From assembly GCF_963853765.1 (NCBI RefSeq), contig NC_088855.1:58342001-58406000 (forward strand): a stretch of 64,000 nucleotides of DNA. Direction: 5' to 3'. How positions within the stretch are numbered: the first letter of the stretch is position 1; each line of letters starts with the position of its first letter. A program made the translations under genes and the position numbers. Below are positions 24,882-36,397 of this stretch, piece after piece. Source of the stretch: Magallana gigas (taxonomy: Eukaryota). Under the pieces are notes generated by a model, which ran no database searches, was not told where the DNA came from, and saw only the letters and a program-made list of their open reading frames with translations.

Positions 24882-26532
24882 CATATTTACATAATTTAAT
24901 TGTAAAAAGTAAAGCTAAAATTAATTAAATTACTGTTAATGTATATTAGTACGTTAGCTAAAAGAAAAGCCAAATTGTCTTCTATAGGAATTTGAGTCTG
25001 ACATCATCATAATTATTTCGTGCAGTCCGTAATTTTTCTTAGGTCGCTGTAGGTTTCGACCAATCGATAAGCAGGGCGTGTAGATTTCAGTCCTGTCAGT
25101 TTTTACAGAACTGTGAATTACAATTAGTTTCCATAAGAAATAGAGGAAATCATACTCGTTAGATGTAAATATTTCATCAATATTCAATTCTTACTTTAGT
25201 GATTCATACGGGTATGAAGGTACATGTAGCTAGCATTGTAGAAAACATACATAACCAATGGACATGTCAATGATAATGAAGTCTACTGGAAGTGTTGTTA
25301 CTTTGTTTTTATTTCATTTATATCACAGATTTCAACATCAAGACAAGTACAGTACACTAACATATCTTTCTCTCACAGAAAATCTACAAAACAAGATTGT
25401 TCTAAATAATGGTGACCCATTCATAAAACACTTAATATGCTGACCGATGAAACCTCAGACTACACAGTGCTGGGGTCTCTATTGCACCAAGTGTAAACTT
25501 ACTAAGTAAAACAGGCACGTAGCCAAAACAGGGGCTGGACCCTCTTTTTTCAAATATGGAATAATCCTTTAAATCTTTATATCCCCTCCTACTGTCTATT
25601 AAGAATTTGAAGGTTGGCCACGTGTGATTTAATGCTTGCTTGTCAAGATGTTCCCGACAATCCACCTTCTTTACCCCTGGACAGAAATGGTGCTATGTGC
25701 CTGTAAACCAATGAATGTCATTTGTGCTCACTGATGAAAGTTTGGAATGTTAAAAAAAAATGAATCACAACCGTCTCAAATTGACTAGATCTCACAGAAA
25801 TTTGTGTGTGACGGAACGTGGGGGAAACAAGGTACCCCGATTTCTAAATGTGACTCTACGTAAGTCAGTGGAACTCTATGTAACTTAATGTAAATATGAC
25901 TATGTAACCCAACGTAATTCTACACATAACTCTATGTAACTATGGCTATGTAACTTTATGTATCTCCAGCCTACTGTATTTTAGATGCAGTCTTAAAATC
26001 AAATTTTAAGTTATCTCTTCACAACAGTTTTCTTCCTCTTCTGAATAAAGCTTGAAGCTTTCATATTGCATTTCTTTCATGTCTTTTGGCAAGAAATATT
26101 TCTTGAAAATAAATGAAAATCAGACAGACCCTACATGTAAAGATTGTCAATGCCTAGAGTAACTATGGAGTGTACAACTACAGAGATTCTTTGCTTCCAG
26201 TTTCAGATACATTACAATACATGCACACCATTCCAAACACTGTAATGTAAGTAATGAATGTAATGAGTCCTTGATAAGGAATGTCTTGGGTAATGCTAAT
26301 TGATTGTATAATGTAATGACTGCAACTGTTTGTACTAAAAGCTTGTATAAGATTCACAACTGGATAATTTATCCACGGAGTGACCCCCAATCTGGAAGTA
26401 TCTGATAATTGTGAAAATATTTTAAATTTTGTGTTCAAGTGATATCAAGATGCAATAACAATCATCCTCAACACAAATACACAGAAACACCGCTGACTTT
26501 TCCAACATAAAACACACATTGCAGTAGGTGGC

Positions 26533-29500
26533 CTAGCTCTTGACTCCGACTAACACAAAGATGAGGATGACGATCAGACACGTCAGGACGATGATGATCA
26601 GCATTTTGCGGTTTTTCTTCTGGTATTTCTCGGCCTTCTGTAGCTGCTTCAGTCCTTTCTCCACTTGCACACTGGCGTGTTCTACGTTATAGTCTATGCG
26701 GTCCAGTATTGTTCCCTGGTCGACCACCATTTGCGACAGGTCGCGGAAAATGTCGTTTAAATCATGTATGGATTTCACGATTTGCGTGATTTCTTTTTCG
26801 CGGTGGCGAACTGCTGTTGTGTTTTCCTCCACCATCTGGACCTGAGCTTTTGAAAAACTCTGCAAGAAAATGGTGATACCTCAAGTACCTGGGTAAACCA
26901 TGCATATAAAAATCGTGACAATCCATGTCTATGCTTTTGAAAATACTCTGTAAGAAAATATGCTCTGTTTTTAGAAGAAATGCATGGAGAATCTATATCT
27001 GTGTTTCTGTGAACTTAAGCTGCTGGTCTTAAGTACTATTCAACATGTTAAAGCATTTTAAGTTCTCAAAACCTTGCATGTTTACTCTGTCTCTGTGATT
27101 CTGTCACACCATGAGAGAGTGGACATGAACACATTGATCATCTGTACACTATCAATGATGTGGTGAAATAGTTGATAAAATTCATAATACATTGTATCTG
27201 CTTCTTAGTAAGGTTTGTAAAACATCAAAATTAGATCATTAAAGTCCACATCTGTGGTTTTCTGCTAAATAAAACCTATCTAGAACAGAAAAGCAAACTA
27301 TCTGTAATAAAGCATGTGTATGATATAGCATAATTAGCATCACAGTTTCGGATACATGAGATAATAATAGTCAGTCAAAGTCAGTCTGAAGACAAGTATA
27401 TTAGACACTGGAAAATATCCTTTTAAGGTACAATGATAAAAATATCTGCAAATTACATTTAGAGTAGAATATATGCATATCTATGAAATAAATATTGTGA
27501 CAATGCATTTTAAAGCAGGACACTTTTAGTTTTGCTGAAATAGCTCTTATTAACAAATGCTAAAAAACTGTCCCAACAAAACTTTGGGGGCATGGAGATC
27601 AGCAGCAATCAATTAAACACCCCTCCCTCATTAGTAATTTGACAGACATGATTAATCCTGAATCATGTTGTTAGCTAAAGCAACATTGGTTCCTCCACAG
27701 TAGTTATTCTGCGAGTTGTCATGCACTTGGTCATAGAGTGGTAAGTAGAACTCAGACCTAGGACTAGTCAAGCTATCAGACACCATGCCGAGGATTCTTC
27801 CATCAGATTAACTAAGATTAATTTAAGATTATCTGGCAGAACAGATATGTGAACTGTCAATGCAGAACATATAATAGCAGAGAAACATTACCTCCATTTC
27901 CAAACCCTGTTTATAGACAGAATATCATTTACCACATAATGAATTAAATATACATTTAAATGAACAACAATTTTTAAAACACAAATGCAAATACTTAATA
28001 CAAAATAGAAAAAATAAATAAATAAAAAATGTGACTTTCATTCATAAATAAGGATAATTACATTGAAAAGTAAATCTCCCAAAAGGAATGTATATATAAA
28101 ATTGGATCATTTTGAGACAGAGTTCCTACTGAAGTCTAGTTACCTTGTCGTAGTGCTCGGTGAAGGGGTCCGACTCCTGCATCAGTGCCGAGTCTGGTCC
28201 TATACTGGAGTCAAAAAACTCACGCGACCTCTCCTCCCGAGACTTTATTTCTAAATCAAAGCATATTAGTATTAAATTCAGTAACTACAAGTAAATGTTA
28301 ATTAAATATTTATATCAACACAAATAATGAAAGTATGTGGGAATGTAATAGAACACAAAGTTGACAATAAACAGTTCCAAAAACAGCTGTATTCGTGAGT
28401 CTTTGATTACTAAACGGAGGAATCTTAAAAGGAGGGACAATATGTTTTACCTGAATAATAATCAATCTTGTATTCAGCAGTATCTACACTTTTGTGTTCA
28501 ACTACACTATCATGATGGTCAATAACTCTGTTCAATTCACTGATATGTTAGGAAAAGCATAAAAACAGATTTTTGAAAATCCCTTGAACAGCATTCTGCA
28601 TGTCAGAATCCCTGACCAACTAATCTCATGCAAGAGTTAAGCCCCCCTGATCTGACAATTACATGTATGCTGGTCTAGTCAAAATAACATATATAGGTAT
28701 CTAAACACATGGTTATTTCACTTTTACAGTTAATACTTTAACATAACCCCACCTGTGAAATATTTTGCTTTGTCAATAAGTTTGAAGTGACTTAGTATTT
28801 AAAAAGAGGTAACTACTGTGGTTTCATTAATTTTCGTGGGTATCAATTTTCGTGGATTTTCTGAAAACCACAGTTTCAAGGATACGTAATTTCGTGGCCA
28901 ATGATCCTATCAATACAAAATGTTAGTTGAAATTGAACTTCAATAAACATTTAATTTCATGGATCAACTTAACAATGAAATCCACGAAATTTGGTATTCA
29001 ACGAATATTGATGAAACCACAGTATATTTTTTGAGTTGGACCACTATTGACAATGAGGGCAAATTAGACCAAAAATAAAACAAGGATGAAAAAGTCCTGG
29101 TATACACTGTATATATGTATTACATACTTTTTAAGTCCTGGTATATACAGGTTATATTTATTACGTACTTTTTAAGCCCTGGTATATACATGTACTGTAC
29201 ATTAATATATATGTATTAAATACTTTTTAAGTCCTGGTATATAAAGGTTATATGTATAATGTACCGGTACTTTTTAAGTCCTGGTATATACCGTATATAT
29301 GTATTACATACTTTTTAAGTATACTGATTGGCTTTTCCTGAAGTTGGTGGACATTTCCTGCAGTGAGCGTACTAGAGAGGAGACGATGTTTGTAGATAGT
29401 CGCTTTTCCTGCTCTGTGCCATGGAAACTTCGACTATTTATCTGTTGGACCAGTCTCTGACATCTGGTGAACATCTAAAAAACAAAACAGAAAATCTCTT

Positions 29501-30711
29501 TTAATACTTAGATTAATATCTTATTCAAAAACTTAACATGAAATCCCCAAAATGAACTCAAATATTTCAAAACTAAAAATTAAGTAGATATACATGTAAT
29601 GTAATTTTCAAAGAAGTAATCAGAATCTCTGGACTGGCTCTATAAAATAAATATTGTCTACAATGTAAATTTAAGCCTGCACTCTTTATTATTTAATATA
29701 ATACTCATATCATGAACAAATATGCTTGGTGTACATTAAAAACTTAACAGTTTGATAATGAATTGTTATTAATCAAAGTATCAAGCAAATCTCAACTCTT
29801 GTTCAAATTTTTGATTTTCATGAAATTTACTTGTGTGATTTCTTGGGTCATAATTTCTATGGTGTGTTCCTCTTGTATACTGTCATCTAGAGTAGGACGA
29901 TTTAAATGTCGGTCATGAAGAGTTGCAAGCTCTTTCACTAAAAAATATGAGAGAAAGATGAAATATGTTATCACTTCACAACAGCTATTAATATTTATCA
30001 TATCTGAATGGTTTTGACATATAATACAGAGTCAGAGACACTATCTCAGATTATTTACAATGATTTTTTGTCCTGTTTGGTATACGGCTGTGAACAAAAA
30101 CTCACTTTTCTGTTTGATTTTAGACATTTCAAACTGGACCTCCTCCACTCCATCTACCCTGCAACACAAAGTGAACAAAAAATAAAATCAATAACCAATC
30201 CAATATACACACCTTTTTGACTATCATTTGTCAAGTAGTTACATTTCTCTCTTTGGGAAGGGAAGAGACTAAAAGCTTGAGCTTAGGATTCACGATCAAA
30301 ATATCTGCCATCTCATACTCACCATTCTGGAGGAAGCCGAGAGGCCTTGGTGCTGGCGGTGCCGTGCTCGAGATCAACATGACAACTGGACATCAGAGCC
30401 ATCCGGTCATCTGCCAGCTTAAATCATTTCCATGTTTTAATGTTTTAATTTCAGAAATATTTTGGGCATAAATCATAAATGATTGATCTATCAATAAAGA
30501 ATTCTTAATGTCTTTCCTTTAAAGTATTTCATTCTAGAACGATTTTGTTGAATATCAATTTTTGTTTATCGCAAATAAAGACATAAAGCTCTGAACATAT
30601 CATTAATTAACTACATGTAGGTTTACCAACCTGTTCTGAAAACATGTTTCTACTTTGTAGAGCATTGTTTCGCATTAAAATGAATACTTCCGTTAGACTC
30701 CGGGTAGCCAT
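26533..30711 (-). CDS. STX16: Syntaxin-16 (Qa-SNARE)
   Basis: Exons (-): 30631-30711 ([19 protein letters not shown]), 30323-30417 (..RLPPEW), 30106-30158, 29831-29937 ([13 protein letters not shown]), 29312-29474, 28144-28250, 26533-26859 (SNARE helix [22 protein letters not shown]...[10 protein letters not shown] plus C-terminal TM). All GT-AG and in frame. Confidence 0.97.
28816..29022. mobile_element. TA-flanked MITE (Tc1/mariner-like) in STX16 intron 5
   Basis: ta|ctgtggtttcat ... atgaaaccacag|ta, with repeated ttcgtgg subterminal motifs. Confidence 0.8.
29090..29320 (-). repeat. Five degenerate 41-55-bp tandem units spanning the STX16 exon 5 donor
   Basis: Each unit reads CTTAAAAA|GTA on the minus strand; GT positions are 29311 (true donor), 29270, 29223, 29168 and 29127. 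Confidence 0.85.
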
Positions 30712-31949
30712 TTCACATACACTTAATTACAGACAATTATTTCTTTTAAAAGTTGATTAGATTAAGTTTTCAATGATCATGTTGTCATTTTCATCTAGTT
30801 TCGTGTACACAACAGGAAGTGAAGGGGCATTTCGGTTTAGCGTCGTACGTCAAATGTTTCGGATTCTTTTGGTGGGAGTGGTATTAGATTGCAGTAAATC
30901 GTAATATGTTTTTTGTGCAAAAATATTGGACAAAGTTTGTGTGAATCTACTCCATAGGTCTTTTTTTCCCCCAAGTGGTTATAAAATATGCCAATGTGCC
31001 TATATTTAATTATAGTTCATCTTTGAAAAAAAAAACTTGGTAAACCGTTTCCGTAAATTTTGATGTTTGGTATTGTTAGATTGAAGTTTAAAATCAAATG
31101 AATCTGACTTACCCCAGTCACTGGGATTTGATATACTGATCTGTTGCAAAGACATTCAACCAGATAGTCGTTCGATCATGCAGTTGACGACACTGTAGGC
31201 AGTTCAGTAGAGCAGTTATATCATGATCACTATTTCTATATTTTTTTAAATTTAATTTCAGTACTTTTAGACTGCTTCTGGTATACATAAATCAAAACAC
31301 GAATGCTTTAAATCTCTTTTCGCATGTCCAGCTTTTCGGCGGTTGCATGTTCATAGACTTATAACGTTATAGCGCTGAAGAACATGCACCATGCACATAA
31401 CCAACAACAAATCGTCTGGGTTTTTTTTTTTTTTTTGTTAACTTTATTTAGGTCATAAAAGTCTCATCCTATTTTTCTTTTAAAATAGAGCATAGTCTTT
31501 TGGTCGTCTTTTAGTGAAAACTTACTAAGAAACGAATACGCCAACTTTGACGTAAATGTTAAAATATTTTAAACATTAACCGGCGACATCACATTGAGTG
31601 TGCCGTTTGGAACATTCTGTACCTTTGGAACTATTCCGTTTTGAAACACAATGTAATATTTTTCATTTGAATGTAGAATTACAGCAGTGCAAAGAGATAT
31701 GGCGTCTTTTCCCATTATTTCGCCTTCTCCCGTGTTTGAACAGTGAGTACCTGTTACTTTATCTGTTTATAGAATAAATACATGTACTTGTCGCTTTAGG
31801 AAACATAGATACTGTATGATTTTAAATTAATGGTGTCTGAAACCATTGATTTGTCATAAATTCAGGAAACCTGAATAGAGAAATGAATTAGTAGAACTCT
31901 TTGTATAATTTGTATTTTGACCGTGATTACTTCCAGCAAAATGAAATTA

Positions 31950-32205
31950 ACGTAAACTTGTGTAAACAGAGTGTAATGTTAATGAAGGGATTTTAAAAAT
32001 GAGGAAAAATCCAGCAGAGTAGATACTCTCTATTGGCACGAGCATTATTTACATAAAAAAAATAAGAATTATGAGCTCTGTAACTTGCTTATAACTCTGT
32101 GATTGGCACTCAAATTTTGGTTGATCATTAGAAATGCATTATCAAAGCATTGTAATAAATAAAAACGCCAAATTAGATTTTTACCAAAACCATGACCATG
32201 CCCCT
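31950..32205. mobile_element. Kolobok-like MITE fragment (one end)
   Basis: Ends ...catgaccatgcccct|ttaa; internal ctctgtaacttgctt..taactc...tcaaatttt is shared with the 57940 element. Confidence 0.5.
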
Positions 32206-32674
32206 TTAAAGGGGTTCCTTATTTAAACAACAGTTTTCTGTGATTCCCCTTGGTTAAAATTGGCTTTGTGGTTCTATAGAAGATATCTAAGCTGTAACCG
32301 CATAGAGAAGTTGTGAAAACAAAATAATGGAAGAATCCATAAAATATTACGTATGTTACGTATTCACAATGTCTGTATTCGGGGAAAATCGTAATCCATG
32401 CAATATATCTTTCAGATTCCAATTGATTTATGTTCATGTTGATAGTTAGTCTTTATATTACTATCAACAGAAATTGTTGGGTTTTTAAGGTTTCCCATTC
32501 ATATCAAATATACAGAGGGCTGGGTGGTCATTTGTACATTATAATTATCTTCTTAACATGAAGAGCTCTACGTAAAGGTATAGGAAAATACTAAAAATTT
32601 AAAGTTAAAATATTTGAAATCTTTATTTACTTAATTATGGTTTACGGCCAAAACTAGAATCTATGAAATTTTAA

Positions 32675-33017
32675 GGTACCTCACAAATTACACTTATACT
32701 TTTTAAGACACTACGTCATAAGATGGCGATTTAAATGTTTTGTTAAACTGTTTGTATCGTTCAGTTGGGATGATATCGCCGTAGCTCGATGGCTGAAGTA
32801 TTGGGCTTTTGAACCGCAGATCACGAGTTCGAATCCGCCTGGAGCTTTTGTTCATGTTAACTGAATTAAATTTTTGAAAATGAATTTTTCATCCAAATTT
32901 GCTCATTTTTTTTTTTTGCCTATAAGACTTAAATACTTCTTATCCATTATGATATCTCTCATAATCAAGTAATTTTCTGCTGATTTGAAAAAATATTTCA
33001 CGGTGTAGTGAGCCACC
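32675..33017. mobile_element. TTAA-flanked Kolobok-like MITE containing a tRNA-like segment
   Basis: ttaa|ggtacctcac...acac and gtgtagtgagccacc|ttaa; internal A-box tagctcgatgg and B-box gttcgaatcc at 32778-32845. Confidence 0.65.
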
Positions 33018-33517
33018 TTAAGGTAGATCTGATGGTTAAATTGTTGACCATCCTGATCCAGCCTCCTTAAAAATCAACAAACACACAATAAATGTTTTAT
33101 ATACAAATGATACACATAAAAACAACCATGATAAAAAAATGTACGATTTACAAATAAACATAAATGGGTCAAACAAATAATTTGACTAACAAAGGTGCTG
33201 TGCAAGACTGTAATTGGCATTCATTTTTCCTTTATGAAGCATGCAAATGTACCGAAACAAATAAATTGGTTCTTTAAAAAATTAGCTTAATATGTTTTCA
33301 AAGAGAAATGTTATAACTTAACTTGCTTTTTTTCAAAATTTACTTATTATTTATTTGTTTATTTTAAAAATATTCATTCATTTTGTTTTTGCAAATCTTG
33401 TATTTGTTGTGTTTATATCATGAAAAAATCTTTTTATCAAATTTACCCTGTAAAATGTAACATATTTTGTTCTTCTTCCATGACTTAACAAAGCGTAATC
33501 AACAAATAATTCTTGTT

Positions 33518-34993
33518 CTATAGGCAAGTTGTTTCCAATGATGTGTCTCTGTGGGGAGCTAAACTTCCGGAACTTTCACAGGAAGCAAATCCGGTTTTCC
33601 AGACCTGAGCAATGTCGGTAAGATCAGCCGGAAACTGATAGAACTTGGACGGAAGTAGATGAGATGGGGTGCTGATGTGCGCGCGGTAGTAGTGGATGAC
33701 GGGCGATCGGCTGGCGCCGCTCCCGCGCCGTTGGTTGGGTTTTGTGACAATATCCGTGGCCGGGTCTTTACAGGTTCCACTCTCTTTGACCTTCAGATTG
33801 TACGTAATGTCACCAAAAATAAGTTTAGGAACGCTCGGTTTAATAAAATGGAACTTAAAAGTAAACTCTGACATTGTTCCGCTACTGAAGGAAGGATTGC
33901 AGGTTTGGGTCGAGACAGTCTTAGTGCCCCGGTTGATGGTAAAACATTCCACTTCCTGTAGAACACCGGAACTGTCGGGCTCCCACACGACGAACTTTGT
34001 TTTAGCGGGCTCGTCATAAGACAGCTTGAAAGTCTTGTCAGCTTTGTTTCGGATATCGTAGATGCTGATCAGACGAATGAAATCCACCTCAGAGTTCCCC
34101 GTGTTCAGATCGAATACCGGGTGATTGAGGTAAATACTGACGTTATCGAAATATTTCTCCTCGTGGAATTTCCCTTCGAACGCGGTTTTGGGTGTATTGA
34201 ATTGAATATTTCCATCTGGATGTCTCTCAAACTGCGTTAACATGAACACAGCAACCGACCCCGCCAAAATGCACATCAGCCCAAACATGATGAAGACTCG
34301 ATAGGCCACGTGACGCCTGGATTTGGGTGTCTTTTTCTTGGCCTCCTCCAGGTACTTCTTTGAGCAGTACTTGACCAGGGACACGATGATTCTGATCACT
34401 ACCCCCACGATCAGTACGGACGCCTTGACGAGCTGGAAGTAGCTGATGGCCTCCTCCCTACACAACACAATCAGAACGTTTATCACGATCTGGGGCACGT
34501 CTTCTATCCAGATGGTGATGCAGGAGGCGAAGTCAGAGTCTACCCAGGGGTTGTCCCGGAAAATCTCCCACCAAAGATTGACCACCTCAAATATGAAAGT
34601 AAAAGTACCGAGGATGGAAAAGGCAAGCAATGCATAGGTCAGCGCATCGTCCGGGGGTCCATACACGAGCCCCTCCTGTGTCACAAACACATCCCTGAAC
34701 AGCAGCCAATCAGAGAACAGATCGGCGGCGTCAAGCGTCAGAACCACCAAGAATACAAACACTTTGAAGCTGGTCTTGTCCCGGACCTTGACGCAGCAGT
34801 GGATGTCCTCCATCACTTCCTCTACAGCGTCTACAATGTTGTGATGTCTCTGCGGGGAATTCGCCTCCTTCACGGAGACCTTGCTGGATTTTCCATTTTC
34901 TTCATGTTTTTCGCTATTTTTGGTCACTGCCGTCATTTCTAGGCTCGAATCACCCACTTTTGAAGTGCGCCGCCTCTCTTTGCCCGCGCTCAT
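33518..34993 (-). CDS. Uncharacterised 491-aa multipass membrane protein (intronless CDS)
   Basis: Clean GC-richer ORF. Charged N-terminus, ~5 hydrophobic helices (FKVFVFLVVL..SDWLLF; LLAFSILGTFTFIFEV; ITIWIEDVPQIVINVLIVL; KASVLIVGVVIRIIVSLV; VFIMFGLMCILAGSVAVFML), then a ~240-aa Cys-containing C-terminal domain. Confidence 0.85.
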   Translation of the reverse strand: MSAGKERRRTSKVGDSSLEMTAVTKNSEKHEENGKSSKVSVKEANSPQRHHNIVDAVEEVMEDIHCCVKVRDKTSFKVFVFLVVLTLDAADLFSDWLLFRDVFVTQEGLVYGPPDDALTYALLAFSILGTFTFIFEVVNLWWEIFRDNPWVDSDFASCITIWIEDVPQIVINVLIVLCREEAISYFQLVKASVLIVGVVIRIIVSLVKYCSKKYLEEAKKKTPKSRRHVAYRVFIMFGLMCILAGSVAVFMLTQFERHPDGNIQFNTPKTAFEGKFHEEKYFDNVSIYLNHPVFDLNTGNSEVDFIRLISIYDIRNKADKTFKLSYDEPAKTKFVVWEPDSSGVLQEVECFTINRGTKTVSTQTCNPSFSSGTMSEFTFKFHFIKPSVPKLIFGDITYNLKVKESGTCKDPATDIVTKPNQRRGSGASRSPVIHYYRAHISTPSHLLPSKFYQFPADLTDIAQVWKTGFASCESSGSLAPHRDTSLETTCL

Positions 34994-36397
34994 GATATCA
35001 AAGCTTTGAAATAAGAATTTATTACAATGTAGATCTCTTTATCTCCAACAAATTGGATAGATTTATTGAGGCAAATATTGAAAGCAGAGCACTAATCCTT
35101 TGTACATATGGTCATATTTTAGAAATCTTGTAATCGAGAATGCATGATATATGTTATCAAGTTCCAAAACTGTTCAAAAAGTCAACAATTGTTCAATAAT
35201 TGATCTCAAAACATTAAAATGCAGCAAAAAAAAAAGAATAAATAAACTTACTACGACCTCCAGGCAACTGTTATCTCATATGATTAATGTTGATTTTTTT
35301 TCTTATCGCAACATGCATTTGTACAGGGTAGATTGTTCCCGGTCCTTGAAATTGCAGGTTTTCAGATACGTCCTGTCTGCCGTCGCCCGTTCATATATGC
35401 CTTGATTGATCACCCTAATCAGTTTCTGTGGTCGACCCAGATTTGGAGGGGACCGTTTGTTTTGACTCCGCCTAATGTTGATAAGACACCCAGGAATTCG
35501 TAACGATTTTAATTCTCTGTGTCATATGTGTATTGGTTTTGTGTGTCAATTGTGACATTTCTTTTCCCCGTTTTCTGTATATCTTTTGTATCGCGACGTT
35601 TTTTTTCCTGGAACCACTTCACCTTTATCTATAAAGTTTATTCAATATCCCTTTATTATGAATAAACTCGATATATAAAGGTATAGTGGGGCTGACACAT
35701 GCCGAGACAACTCACTTTGACTGTAATGACCGCACTGTTTATTCAACACATGTTTTAATATACGTTATTGTATTATACATGGTACATTTTTTTTGTTTTA
35801 ATTCACATTATAATATTATATGGTCTGCAAAGTTTGATTCATCAAAGGGCTAAAGATATTAATACTGAAAATGGCGTGACATTATATACTCCTACCTATG
35901 TTTTAACTTTACTTCCGTACAAGTTACATTTTGTGATACACAATGTACAAGGACGTGTACCTAACACCTCTCTGTACATCAATCGATGGATTCACGTCCG
36001 GAAGTTGTACTCTTTAAACCATAATAAAGTTGTCATATATTTTGAATTCAAAAATCTACTTTATATGTATTTTTAGGATTACTTTTTTTTGTATTTTTAG
36101 TATAAAACTATTGATAACTTAAGATATCGATTTTGATTTTCAGACTTGTCCACTTTAGTTTTATCTAATCTTCCGACCATATATGTCAATGAAATATATT
36201 TTACATTTGACAAATACATATACAATATACCTACCAAACAACCATGCAGTCTCATTACCAATGAAACAATTCAAATCTACTTTATGTTGACTTTTATTTC
36301 CTGATTTAACTGAAGGACAAACATAAAAAATAATGCAGTTACTCTGTAGTAGAATTCAACAAAGTGCGCTCTCTGAAATCTCTTTGTTCTCTTCGAT

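Noticed and set aside
32778-32845. Functional tRNA gene (also 55225-55310)
   Set aside because: A and B boxes are present, but acceptor and anticodon stems do not pair properly; both lie inside TIR elements.
33559-34637. Overlapping and antisense ORFs within the 491-aa gene (also those within the STAND and MFS genes)
   Set aside because: Expected shadows of a GC-richer coding region; no independent coding signal.
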